A DNA stretch of 43,354 nucleotides from an uncultured Armatimonadetes bacterium. Its GTDB lineage: Bacteria; Armatimonadota; Armatimonadia; Armatimonadales; Armatimonadaceae. Position numbers and translations under genes: made by a program. Numbering within the stretch: the stretch's first letter is position 1; each line of letters opens with the position of its first letter. The notes beneath the pieces were generated by a model. That model was not told the origin of the DNA. It made no database searches and was given only the letters and a program-made list of their open reading frames with translations. Below are positions 34,448-42,858 of this stretch, one piece after another. The DNA lies in contig CAIWTR010000646.1 in NCBI GenBank assembly GCA_903915615.1, positions 1 through 43,354 on the forward strand, given 5' to 3'.

Positions 34448-36163
34448 ATGCTGCGCGAAGCTTTCGCCAAAAATCCCAAGCTGGCAGGTACGTTGGTTCC
34501 GCTAACAGCGGCAATCATCGCCTTCCAGGCTATCAATGACCGGGATGACATGCGGCGACAACCGGCTATTGAGCCTAAGAGTGTAAAGACTGCTGCCACC
34601 GCATCGTTTGGAGGCGCTGGCTTACCGTTCGAATACTCATTGGCCGCCTTGTCTGGTTTCCGACAGGTCATCGCTGGACTCCTGTGGGTCCGCTCGGATG
34701 CTTTCTTCCATAGCGGAAACTACGATGCTATTCTGCCGATGATTCGGTTGATTACGTGGCTTGACCCTAACTGGCTAGATGTCTATGCAACGGGTGCTTG
34801 GCACTTGATGTATAACTTCACTGATACGGATCAACGCTCCGATCGACGCTATTTGCCAGTAGGTCTAGCGCTTCTCGATGAGGGAATTGCCAACAACTCT
34901 AAAGTCTTTGACGTGTACAAAGAAAAGGGTTGGAATATGTTTGACAAGGTCCGTGACTACAACGGAGCTGTCAAAGCATACCAAGGTGCTCTTGCGAATG
35001 ATCCGGATGCTGAAATCAACCAGGTTTCTCACCCATTGGCACACTCCTTCGAGCGTGCTGGCATGGTTGATGAATCCATTGCAGCTTGGGATGATGCTGT
35101 AAAGCGTCATGAAGCGTGGATGAAGCGGCCGGGCATCACCGATGAAGTTAAGATGCGAAACTCCATGGGTGTAAAGAATGCGACCAAAAACCGGTCCATT
35201 ATGCAAATCCGCAAGGCTTTGCGTCCTACAAACATCGCAGCATTGGGAGTGGTCGACACCGACTTTCATGTGACCGTCACCCGCACCAAATCCAAGGTGA
35301 TCAAGGTCGAAGGTTCCTGGAATCTGATTGGATCCATCAAGGATACATTCGATGCCGGTATCTTTGAAGCCGACGGCAATACCATCAAAACGCTCGGCAA
35401 GGGCCTAACGCTTGATGGACCAGTGAACGGCTGCCGTGTAGATGTTCGCCTCCAGGATGACGGCTATAAAATGCCGGAATTCGGATCGTTCAGCTTTGAA
35501 GTTGATCCAAAAATCACCCTGATGCAAGACATCGTTACAACAAGTGGTGGACGTCAAGTGGATGCGGGTGGTGCTTATGTCGCAACACCGCGTGCCGGTA
35601 ATGCTGAAGCAGTTGCGGAATCTGCAAAAGTTTACAACCTTGCGCCCAAAGACCAGGCTGTTGCTAATGGCGTTCCTGTAGCACAGGCACTAACCGGTGC
35701 TGTTCCAATCTCGGCAAGAGGGCAGTGGCAGTTGGTAACGATGGCTTATCCGAAAGCCTTCAATGCTTACCCACGCTACTACACGCAGGCTGAAATTCCA
35801 GCAATGTTTGCAAAGCTTCGTGGCGATGCAAAGACGGTTGCTGAGAAGCTGACGAAGAGAAATGTTCACATCGCCCGTAAGGGTCTGTATGCTCCTGGAT
35901 CTTTCCGTAGGGAAATCGATATGAGCAAGGATCCAAAGATGTACGGCTTCAAGAACGATTCGTTTGAGCTGATTCTCAGTGTCAATCCAAGAACGGCACC
36001 TGACTTTGTTCAGGATCGTATTGGCTGGAACGGAGAAGGCTGGAATGATCGAAAGTACTTGGATGACAAGACAGTTCCAGGACTGCGAATGATTCGTGTT
36101 CGCGTACCACTGACCAAGGATGACATTCTTGGAAGCGGTGAGAAGGTTCTGTTCAAAGGCTAA
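34448..36163 (+). CDS. Uncharacterised 571-aa protein: N-terminal hydrophobic anchor, helical-repeat (TPR-like) region and a beta-rich C-terminal half
   Basis: A long ORF that starts 1 nt after the permease stop and ends at a strong terminator. I recognise no catalytic or named domain. The helical region is FRQVIAGLLWVRSDAFFHSGNYDAILPMIRLITWLDPNWLDVYATGAWHLMYNF. Confidence 0.75.
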   Translation: MLREAFAKNPKLAGTLVPLTAAIIAFQAINDRDDMRRQPAIEPKSVKTAATASFGGAGLPFEYSLAALSGFRQVIAGLLWVRSDAFFHSGNYDAILPMIRLITWLDPNWLDVYATGAWHLMYNFTDTDQRSDRRYLPVGLALLDEGIANNSKVFDVYKEKGWNMFDKVRDYNGAVKAYQGALANDPDAEINQVSHPLAHSFERAGMVDESIAAWDDAVKRHEAWMKRPGITDEVKMRNSMGVKNATKNRSIMQIRKALRPTNIAALGVVDTDFHVTVTRTKSKVIKVEGSWNLIGSIKDTFDAGIFEADGNTIKTLGKGLTLDGPVNGCRVDVRLQDDGYKMPEFGSFSFEVDPKITLMQDIVTTSGGRQVDAGGAYVATPRAGNAEAVAESAKVYNLAPKDQAVANGVPVAQALTGAVPISARGQWQLVTMAYPKAFNAYPRYYTQAEIPAMFAKLRGDAKTVAEKLTKRNVHIARKGLYAPGSFRREIDMSKDPKMYGFKNDSFELILSVNPRTAPDFVQDRIGWNGEGWNDRKYLDDKTVPGLRMIRVRVPLTKDDILGSGEKVLFKG

Positions 36164-36187
36164 CCAAGCTTGTTCGGTAAATCAAAA

Positions 36188-36219
36188 CCTCCAGTGACTA
36201 AGTCATTGGAGGTTTTTTT
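36188..36219. terminator. Bidirectional intrinsic terminator (ABC-2 operon on plus, lipoprotein gene on minus)
   Basis: CCTCCAGTGAC-TAA-GTCATTGGAGG (11 bp including one G-U pair), followed by TTTTTTT on plus and preceded by AAAA, which reads TTTTGATTT on minus. Confidence 0.85.
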
Positions 36220-36400
36220 GTCAAGTGGTTTGACTTACATTAATTATGGAGATCTGTGCTCGTCCGCCCATGTCAGAGAAGCCAAGGGAGATGAATTTCA
36301 GGTGAGTTTGTTGCGCCTGTATTCGTGAAGGAGCCCAGAAAAGTCTGATGGTGTCAACACCCGATTCGATACCAGAGGCTTGATTGCATAACCAAAGGTT

Positions 36401-36898
36401 TTATTTTGAAAATACCACCGTAAGGGGAGCTTGCCCAATCTTCCCAAGCGTATTGTTTGTGCCAACCGCAACCTGCTCATCGGTGGTCTGTGATGCTTCA
36501 CATTTTCCATCCGAAATCGAAAGCTTAGCGGTTCGACCGTTGCTTCCACGGATCTCACCCTTAGATGTCCATGGCCCAGCTGCAGTCGTCCGTCGAGACT
36601 GAATATCAATCTCCCACGTGAAGCACGCGCCGCGGCTGCTGGTCGCGTTCAGCTTGGATGATTTTTCAACACGAAAAGAAGAACGATCGCAGGATGGATC
36701 ACTCCAATTACGATCTCCAACAAAGGACCACTTGTAATGTACGAGGTCACTTTTTTCTTTTACACGCGTAAACAAAATACGGATGTTGCCGTCAGATGGC
36801 ATTGCACTCCGGGATTCTTTTTGGCTTTGCCGCGGAGTACAGCCAACGGTAAGACTCATAAGAATAGGCACGAGCAATGCGATTAGTCGGGAATTCAT
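36401..36898 (-). CDS. Hypothetical lipoprotein
   Basis: MNSRLIALLVPILMSLTVG/C lipobox. 165 aa and rich in Ser, Arg and Trp. I recognise no family. Confidence 0.65.
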   Translation of the reverse strand: MNSRLIALLVPILMSLTVGCTPRQSQKESRSAMPSDGNIRILFTRVKEKSDLVHYKWSFVGDRNWSDPSCDRSSFRVEKSSKLNATSSRGACFTWEIDIQSRRTTAAGPWTSKGEIRGSNGRTAKLSISDGKCEASQTTDEQVAVGTNNTLGKIGQAPLTVVFSK

Positions 36899-36960
36899 TC
36901 CTTGATTGTATCAATTGATACCTTGCTTGTGGAAATACTTCGCGGTAAACTGTTCCCCGT

Positions 36961-37033
36961 GGCCCGTTGGTCGAGCGGTTAAGGCGCCTCCCTTTCACGG
37001 AGGAAACCAGGGGTTCGATTCCCCTACGGGCTA
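36961..37033 (+). tRNA. tRNA-Glu (anticodon UUC)
   Basis: Manual cloverleaf. The acceptor stem is GGCCCGU/ACGGGCU with a G1-U72 pair. The D-arm is GUCG/AGGC. The anticodon stem is CCUCC/GGAGG with loop CUUUCAC. The variable loop is 5 nt and the T-arm is AGGGG-UUCGAUU-CCCCU. It is very close to known bacterial tRNA-Glu sequences. CCA is not encoded. Confidence 0.9.
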
Positions 37034-37039
37034 GATTGA

Positions 37040-37069
37040 GAGCACCTCTTTGAGGTGCTCTTTTTGTTT
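37040..37069 (+). terminator. Intrinsic terminator after tRNA-Glu
   Basis: GAGCACCTC-TTT-GAGGTGCTC followed by TTTTTGTTT. Confidence 0.85.
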
Positions 37070-37208
37070 GCGGGCACCATCGTCGTTTTGGCATCCTCAG
37101 AGGGGAGTCGACGGCGTGATACTGAGCCCATCCATACAATTGTCGATGATTGTTATCTATTCGTCAAATGCTGCATGACGGGACTGGTCAGTTCCCCTAC
37201 AATGCCGT

Positions 37209-39611
37209 ATGCACACATTCCTAGATACTTGTAAGGTTGTTAAAGCACTTGTTATTGGCGAATCCGGGCGGGGTGGGCGTACCGCATTTGACCGGGACCG
37301 CGTAACCGCTGCAATAGCTGCTGGCTCCCTCATTGTTGAGAATGGTCGTCCTGTCGCAGATGGTGGTCCTGCCTGGCGCGAGCTGCCGGTTTCAGCAGAT
37401 GGTGTTTACGCAGAGCGTGAGCTTCGCGGTGGTTATGTTGCATTGATTGTTTCATCCGAAGCCGATCAGACAGTTGTTGTTCGTGCATCTGGGCATGGAG
37501 TCTTTTACGGGCCTGGAATCGTACACGGTGGTGATCCTTACGGGACGGATGCTTTTCACTTCCCAGTTCGACTAAAGGCTGGAAACAATCAGCTTATCTT
37601 TTCCGTTGGACGCGGAAGGCTGGCAGTGCGGTTTGAAGCTGCAAGCAACACAGCGTTCATCAGTGGGAATGACCTAACGATCGGAGATGTCGTTCCGGGC
37701 TCAACCGATGGCGTCTACGCTGGTGTGCAGGTAGTGAATCCTGCTGCTGGCGGTTACTTTATGTTGATGGCGACGATTGAACCTAGTAGCACCGCAAGTC
37801 ACATCGTCTACCTGCCCGCATTGTCATCTACCAAAATTCCAATCAAACTTCCACCTGTTGAGCGGCCGAGCGCTGATGGTGTATCCGTTAGCTTTGAGCT
37901 TGTTGATTGTGGCAAGGAACGTCAAGTAAATACGAAGCGGATGTCGAGCAACGATTCATCAAAAATCGTAAGTACCATCAAGGTTTCCACCCGAGTACGT
38001 CGCCCACAGGATACGCGGAAGAATACGTTTATCTCTGAAATCGATGGCAGTGCTCAGTATTACGGTGTCCGCCCTGCACAAAGCCGCCAACAGTCTCCAA
38101 ATCTTGTACTGACCCTTCACGGAGCATCTGTCGAAGGCATGGGGCAGGCGGAAGCATATGGCAATCATGCTGATATCAACTGGATTGCAGCCACAAATCG
38201 TCGCCCATACGGTTTCGATTGGGAAGACTGGGGCCGCAAGGATGCCATGGAAGTTCTGGCGGATGCAAGTGCCAGACTGCCGATGACTCCGGCGAAAGTC
38301 CATCTTGCTGGTCACTCGATGGGTGGTCATGGAACGTGGGTCAACGGATCACTCTATCCATCAACATTCGCATCCATCGCGCCAAGCGCAGGATGGGTAT
38401 CGTTTGCATCTTATGGGGGAGGGGCACGGAGTCCCCAACAACCCGATGTTGTTGACGCCGTTTTCAATCGGGCGAACAATGAATATGACACGTTGAAACG
38501 TGCGGGAAACTTGGATTATCCAAGTGTGTTCATTCTTCATGGCGATGCCGATGACAATGTCCCGGTCACCGAAGCACGAACGATGAAGTCGGTTCTCGAA
38601 AATCGGCGTCACCCACGGTTTGGTTATCACGAACAACCAGGCGCTGGGCACTGGTGGGATGGACCGCAGGGGGCAGGAGCCGACTGTCTCGATTGGCCGG
38701 GAATTACCTCAGCAATTCGTTCATCCTCGGTTGCTGATCCTGACACATTTACGTTCTCGACACCGCATCCGGGAATCTCCGCAACGGCCTTCTGGGTAGA
38801 AGTCATTCATCAGCACGTATGGGGCGAGATGTCAAAGGTCTCTGCAACATGGAAGGCATCGCCGGCGGAGCTTTGGATCACGGCAGAAAACATCGAACGC
38901 CTCGCGATTGCCGAACGCTCAGCCAAGAAGCGTCCGACAACGGTCAAAATTAACGGCCAAACGCTGCAGATTCCCCAAACTGGTACCGTTCATGTAGCGC
39001 TTAACGGTTCCAAATGGCGTGTCGTAGGCGATATGCAGGTAGGACAGAAAACACCGCAGCGCTGTGGACCTTTCAAGAATGCCATCGGGAATCGCTTTGC
39101 ACTAGTACTTCCAACCGGCGGGACTGCCGCTGAAAATGATCTTGCACTACAGATTGCCCGCTACCACCTCGAAACATGGATGGTCCGCGGTAACGGACAT
39201 AGTGATGTTTTCCTTGATACAGACCCGTTAGATGAAGATAGAACATACGTTCTTTACGGGAACAGTAGTATCAATAAGGCTTGGGGCAAAATGGTCAATC
39301 AGCAAAACGTGGATGTAACACGTCAGGCTGCCCGTATCGGTCGTAAGACTGTCAAGGGAGATGATGTCTTCCTCATGGCGTGTCAGCCCCATCCAAAATC
39401 GGACAAAAGTCATGTCGTGTTGGTTGGATTCACGGGTGCTGTGGGTGCTCGGGCAGTCCTCCGTGTGCCTTTGTTTGTCAGCGGTGTCGCGATGCCGGAC
39501 TGGACACTTGCGAAGGCGAATGTCTTCCAACTAGGTCGGGCAGGTGTTATAGGCGCTGGTTATTTTGACTCTGCCTGGAAGCCAGCAATGGATCAATCAG
39601 CATGGCGATAA
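37209..39611 (+). CDS. Large alpha/beta-hydrolase (prolyl-oligopeptidase/esterase-type) protein with uncharacterised N- and C-terminal domains
   Basis: The central domain has the nucleophile elbow HLAGHSMGGHG, an acid residue in ILHGDADDNVP and a His in GAGHWWDG. About 290 aa at the N-terminus and about 280 aa at the C-terminus have no motif I recognise. No obvious signal peptide. Confidence 0.8.
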   Translation: MHTFLDTCKVVKALVIGESGRGGRTAFDRDRVTAAIAAGSLIVENGRPVADGGPAWRELPVSADGVYAERELRGGYVALIVSSEADQTVVVRASGHGVFYGPGIVHGGDPYGTDAFHFPVRLKAGNNQLIFSVGRGRLAVRFEAASNTAFISGNDLTIGDVVPGSTDGVYAGVQVVNPAAGGYFMLMATIEPSSTASHIVYLPALSSTKIPIKLPPVERPSADGVSVSFELVDCGKERQVNTKRMSSNDSSKIVSTIKVSTRVRRPQDTRKNTFISEIDGSAQYYGVRPAQSRQQSPNLVLTLHGASVEGMGQAEAYGNHADINWIAATNRRPYGFDWEDWGRKDAMEVLADASARLPMTPAKVHLAGHSMGGHGTWVNGSLYPSTFASIAPSAGWVSFASYGGGARSPQQPDVVDAVFNRANNEYDTLKRAGNLDYPSVFILHGDADDNVPVTEARTMKSVLENRRHPRFGYHEQPGAGHWWDGPQGAGADCLDWPGITSAIRSSSVADPDTFTFSTPHPGISATAFWVEVIHQHVWGEMSKVSATWKASPAELWITAENIERLAIAERSAKKRPTTVKINGQTLQIPQTGTVHVALNGSKWRVVGDMQVGQKTPQRCGPFKNAIGNRFALVLPTGGTAAENDLALQIARYHLETWMVRGNGHSDVFLDTDPLDEDRTYVLYGNSSINKAWGKMVNQQNVDVTRQAARIGRKTVKGDDVFLMACQPHPKSDKSHVVLVGFTGAVGARAVLRVPLFVSGVAMPDWTLAKANVFQLGRAGVIGAGYFDSAWKPAMDQSAWR

Positions 39612-41941
39612 TGCCTTTCCTCATCGCGGCCGTTGCTGTATCCGGGCTCCTTCAACAAGGCACATCGGTCTCTGATCAAGCCGCTGCCAAGGCATCTACC
39701 AGTGTTTTGCGGAAGACAGTAGCGCCCCAGTGGATAGGAACGGGAGATCGATTTTGGTATCAACGTGAGCGTGATACCAATCTGTTTGAGTACGTTCTCG
39801 TGGATGCAAAAGCGGGCACGCGTAAGGTCTTTCCAAACAAGGAGATGCTTCAGGCGAACGCAGGGATCGAGGCTGTTTCAGTCAAGGTTGAGCTGTTGGA
39901 GAGGGCACCCAGGCCGCAACGCGGCATCGAATCCCGCGAGGTTTGGCTAACATTTGCTAACAAGAGTGACAAGCCCGCCGAGCTGTTCTGGATAGATGCC
40001 GGCAAAGAGCAATCGTACGGTGTCCTTCAACCAGGAACAACCCGAAGGCTGAGAACCTTTTCCGGGCATCTCTGGCAAGTGCGGCGCAGTGATGCATCCA
40101 ATGCTGGTTTTTTACGCGCTGGAGCAAGTGATGCAGGCGTTGACATAACCAATGGGCCTCCAAGTCGTGCCGCATCGAATGCGGTGCCGAGAAAACTGGT
40201 TGTTCGCAATCATAACCTTGCACTTCTCGGCCCCGATGGATCACCAAAAATGGTGACGACATCGGGTACGGAAGCCGATGCATTTAGTGGCAACCGGGTT
40301 TGGATGGCTCCGAATGGTCGCTATGCCATTGCATTCCGGGAAACCAAGCCACAATCCCACCCAGTGATATTGCGGAACACGCGGCCAAAAAACAGCATTG
40401 AGCCAACATACGAGACGATTGAATATCCAAAGCCTGGAGATGCGATTGCGAAGCCAACCGTAGTCCTTCTGGATTTGGAAAATGCCACTGAGACAGCGCT
40501 TTCATCGACGCTCTTTCCAAGCCCTTGGAGCCTTACCCAGCTTGGAAGTGACCCTTGGGCAGATGGAGTTACGTGGTCCCGAGACTCAAAGCAAGCTTGG
40601 TTTGTTTACAATCAACGTGGGCATCAGCTGCTCCGTCTCTGTCGTATCGATGTCACTTCGAAAGGTATCACCTCAGTCCTCGATGAGACATCAAAGACAT
40701 TTATTGACTATCAGGCAAAATATGGTGCCTGGTTGGACAAGGATGAAAAGACGCTCTACTGGATGTCTGAGAGGAGTGGCTACAACCACATCTATGCAGT
40801 GGATCCTCAAAAGTCATCAGAGCAGGCACTTAAGCCCGTTACATCCGGTGAATGGAATGTCAAATCCATAACGGGTTACCTGCCAGATTCCAATGAGATG
40901 GAAGCCGCAATTGTCGGTTTTCACAAGAATCAGGATCCTTACTACGTTCATTATGCTCGCATCGATTTGAAGGGCGGCAAGGTTGCGATGCTGACAGATG
41001 CCGATGGAACCCATCGGATTCAAGTGTCCCCAAACCGTAAATACCTTGTCGATACCTGGTCAAGAGTGGATAAAGCCCCCGCTACAGAGCTGCGTGATGC
41101 AACATCTGGCAAGCTAATCATGCCTCTGGAAGTCGCGGATACATCGCGGCGTGAGGCTCTTGGGATTCCAACGATTGAACGCTTCGTCGCTCCCGGCCGG
41201 GATGGGAAGACGCTCATCTATGGAAATGTCATTCGTCCCATCGGGTGGTCACGTGAGAAAAAGTATCCCGTGATCGAGCAGGTTTATGCGGGGCCACAGG
41301 ATCACTATGTTGCAAAAGCCTGGTCTGACCATATGGGCTATATGCAAAAACTTGCTGACAAGGGGTTCATTGTCGTTCAGCTCGATGGGATGGGGACGAA
41401 CTGGAGGGGTAAGGCCTTTCATGATGTCTGTTACAAGAATTTACGTGATGGTGGATTCCCGGACCGGGTTGCTTGGATAAAGGCACTCGCGGCGAAGGAT
41501 TCCAGTGTCGACAGCTCGCGTGTGGGTGTTTATGGCGGCTCTGCGGGCGGACAAAATGCCGTCGCTGCGCTTATCTGGCATGGGGATTTTTACAAAGCCG
41601 CTGTTGCAGACTGTGGCTGCCACGACAACCGTATGGATAAGACCTGGTGGAATGAGCTTTGGATGGGCTACCCCGTTGATGATTCCTATCGCTTGTCCAG
41701 CAATGTTGAATATGCTCATCAGATCACCGGCGACCTGATGTTGGTTGTCGGTGAAATTGACCACAATGTGGATCCTGCATCGACGATGCAAGTCGTGGAT
41801 GCGTTGATAAAAGCAGACAAGGACTTCGACCTTTTGGTGATTCCCGGGAGCGATCATGGCGCTGCTGAGTCTCCTTATGGACGCCGCCGAAGGACCGACT
41901 TCTTTGTGAATAAGCTGATAGGGAAATCGGTGAAGCTGTGA
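39602..41941 (+). CDS. S9-family serine peptidase (DPP-IV-like beta-propeller plus prolyl-oligopeptidase catalytic domain)
   Basis: Signal-peptide-like N-terminus (M)PFLIAAVAVSGLLQQ. Catalytic motifs are VGVYGGSAGGQNA (Ser), LVVGEIDHNVDP (Asp) and IPGSDHG (His). An alternative ATG at 39611 forms a TAATG overlap with the upstream stop. Confidence 0.88.
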   Translation: MAIMPFLIAAVAVSGLLQQGTSVSDQAAAKASTSVLRKTVAPQWIGTGDRFWYQRERDTNLFEYVLVDAKAGTRKVFPNKEMLQANAGIEAVSVKVELLERAPRPQRGIESREVWLTFANKSDKPAELFWIDAGKEQSYGVLQPGTTRRLRTFSGHLWQVRRSDASNAGFLRAGASDAGVDITNGPPSRAASNAVPRKLVVRNHNLALLGPDGSPKMVTTSGTEADAFSGNRVWMAPNGRYAIAFRETKPQSHPVILRNTRPKNSIEPTYETIEYPKPGDAIAKPTVVLLDLENATETALSSTLFPSPWSLTQLGSDPWADGVTWSRDSKQAWFVYNQRGHQLLRLCRIDVTSKGITSVLDETSKTFIDYQAKYGAWLDKDEKTLYWMSERSGYNHIYAVDPQKSSEQALKPVTSGEWNVKSITGYLPDSNEMEAAIVGFHKNQDPYYVHYARIDLKGGKVAMLTDADGTHRIQVSPNRKYLVDTWSRVDKAPATELRDATSGKLIMPLEVADTSRREALGIPTIERFVAPGRDGKTLIYGNVIRPIGWSREKKYPVIEQVYAGPQDHYVAKAWSDHMGYMQKLADKGFIVVQLDGMGTNWRGKAFHDVCYKNLRDGGFPDRVAWIKALAAKDSSVDSSRVGVYGGSAGGQNAVAALIWHGDFYKAAVADCGCHDNRMDKTWWNELWMGYPVDDSYRLSSNVEYAHQITGDLMLVVGEIDHNVDPASTMQVVDALIKADKDFDLLVIPGSDHGAAESPYGRRRRTDFFVNKLIGKSVKL

Positions 41942-42858
41942 TACTACTTTCGTTCATTGATTCGCACACAGGAGGCGAACCAACGCGCCTTGTCACACAT
42001 GGTTTCCCAAATCTTGGTGGCGGAACTGTTGCCGAGCAGGCTACGGTGTTCGCGCGTGACTTTGACCACTACCGACGTGCAATCGTAAATGAGCCTCGCG
42101 GCAATGATGTGCTTGTCGGGGCGATTCTCGTGCCACCATCGCATCCGGATGCCAACTTGGGTGTGATCTTCTTCAATAATGTTGGCTTGTTGGGGATGTG
42201 TGGTCATGGAACGATTGGTGTAGTTGCATCGCTGCCTGACCTCCCTGACACGGTTGTCATTGAGACCCCAGTCGGAATCGTCACTGCCTCACGAAATGCT
42301 GACAAGAGCGTATCCATTACCAATGTCCGTTCGTACCTGATGAGCGAGAGCATAGACATTGCGGTACCCGGCATCGGTGCCGTTACCGGCGCGGTTGCTT
42401 ACGGTGGAAACACATTTCTCCTGATCACGGATCATCCATGGAGCAGCGGCATTTCTATGCGCGATGTCCGTGCGATGACACAGTATTGCGAAGCGGTTCT
42501 TCTAGCCGCCCGGCAAGTTGACCCAAATGTTGATCATGTTGAGCTCTTTGCCGCACCAGAAGTGCCCGGGAATGACTCAAGGAACTTTGTGTTGTGTCCA
42601 GGGGGGCAATATGACAGGTCACCCTGTGGGACGGGAACAAGCGCGAAGCTCGCTTGGCTACACGCACTGGGGAAACTTACCGATGGCGAAGTCTATCGAC
42701 AAGAATCTGTCACTGGATCGGTATTTACAGGACAGGTGGTCTCGCATCCAGATGGCGGTGTGACACCGACCATCACTGGAACGGCATTTGTAACCGCAAG
42801 GGGTGAGCTGAGTATCGATCCTACAGATGACCTTGGCTGGGGGATTGTCAGTGAATAG
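41938..42858 (+). CDS. Proline racemase family protein, probably 4-hydroxyproline 2-epimerase
   Basis: FIDSHTGGEPTRLV, EPRGNDVLVGAIL, and both catalytic Cys motifs (MCGHGTIG and DRSPCGTGTSAKLA). GTG start in a GTGA overlap with the upstream stop. Confidence 0.88.
   Translation: MILLSFIDSHTGGEPTRLVTHGFPNLGGGTVAEQATVFARDFDHYRRAIVNEPRGNDVLVGAILVPPSHPDANLGVIFFNNVGLLGMCGHGTIGVVASLPDLPDTVVIETPVGIVTASRNADKSVSITNVRSYLMSESIDIAVPGIGAVTGAVAYGGNTFLLITDHPWSSGISMRDVRAMTQYCEAVLLAARQVDPNVDHVELFAAPEVPGNDSRNFVLCPGGQYDRSPCGTGTSAKLAWLHALGKLTDGEVYRQESVTGSVFTGQVVSHPDGGVTPTITGTAFVTARGELSIDPTDDLGWGIVSE

Noticed and set aside
33796-34671. A 291-aa minus-strand ORF opposite the ABC-2 permease and the start of the 571-aa gene.
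   Set aside because: It is antisense to a well-supported six-TM permease. It crosses a gene boundary and has no motif or Shine-Dalgarno.
36220-36400. The 180-nt gap downstream of the lipoprotein gene, checked for a small gene or RNA.
   Set aside because: It contains only a 19-codon ORF with no ribosome-binding site. I saw no convincing promoter, and the nearest terminator already belongs to the neighbouring operon. It is most simply a 3' UTR reaching the shared bidirectional terminator.
36298-36609. A 103-aa minus-strand ORF overlapping the 3' end of the lipoprotein gene.
   Set aside because: It overlaps the lipobox-containing ORF in another frame. It has no start context and a basic, low-complexity product.
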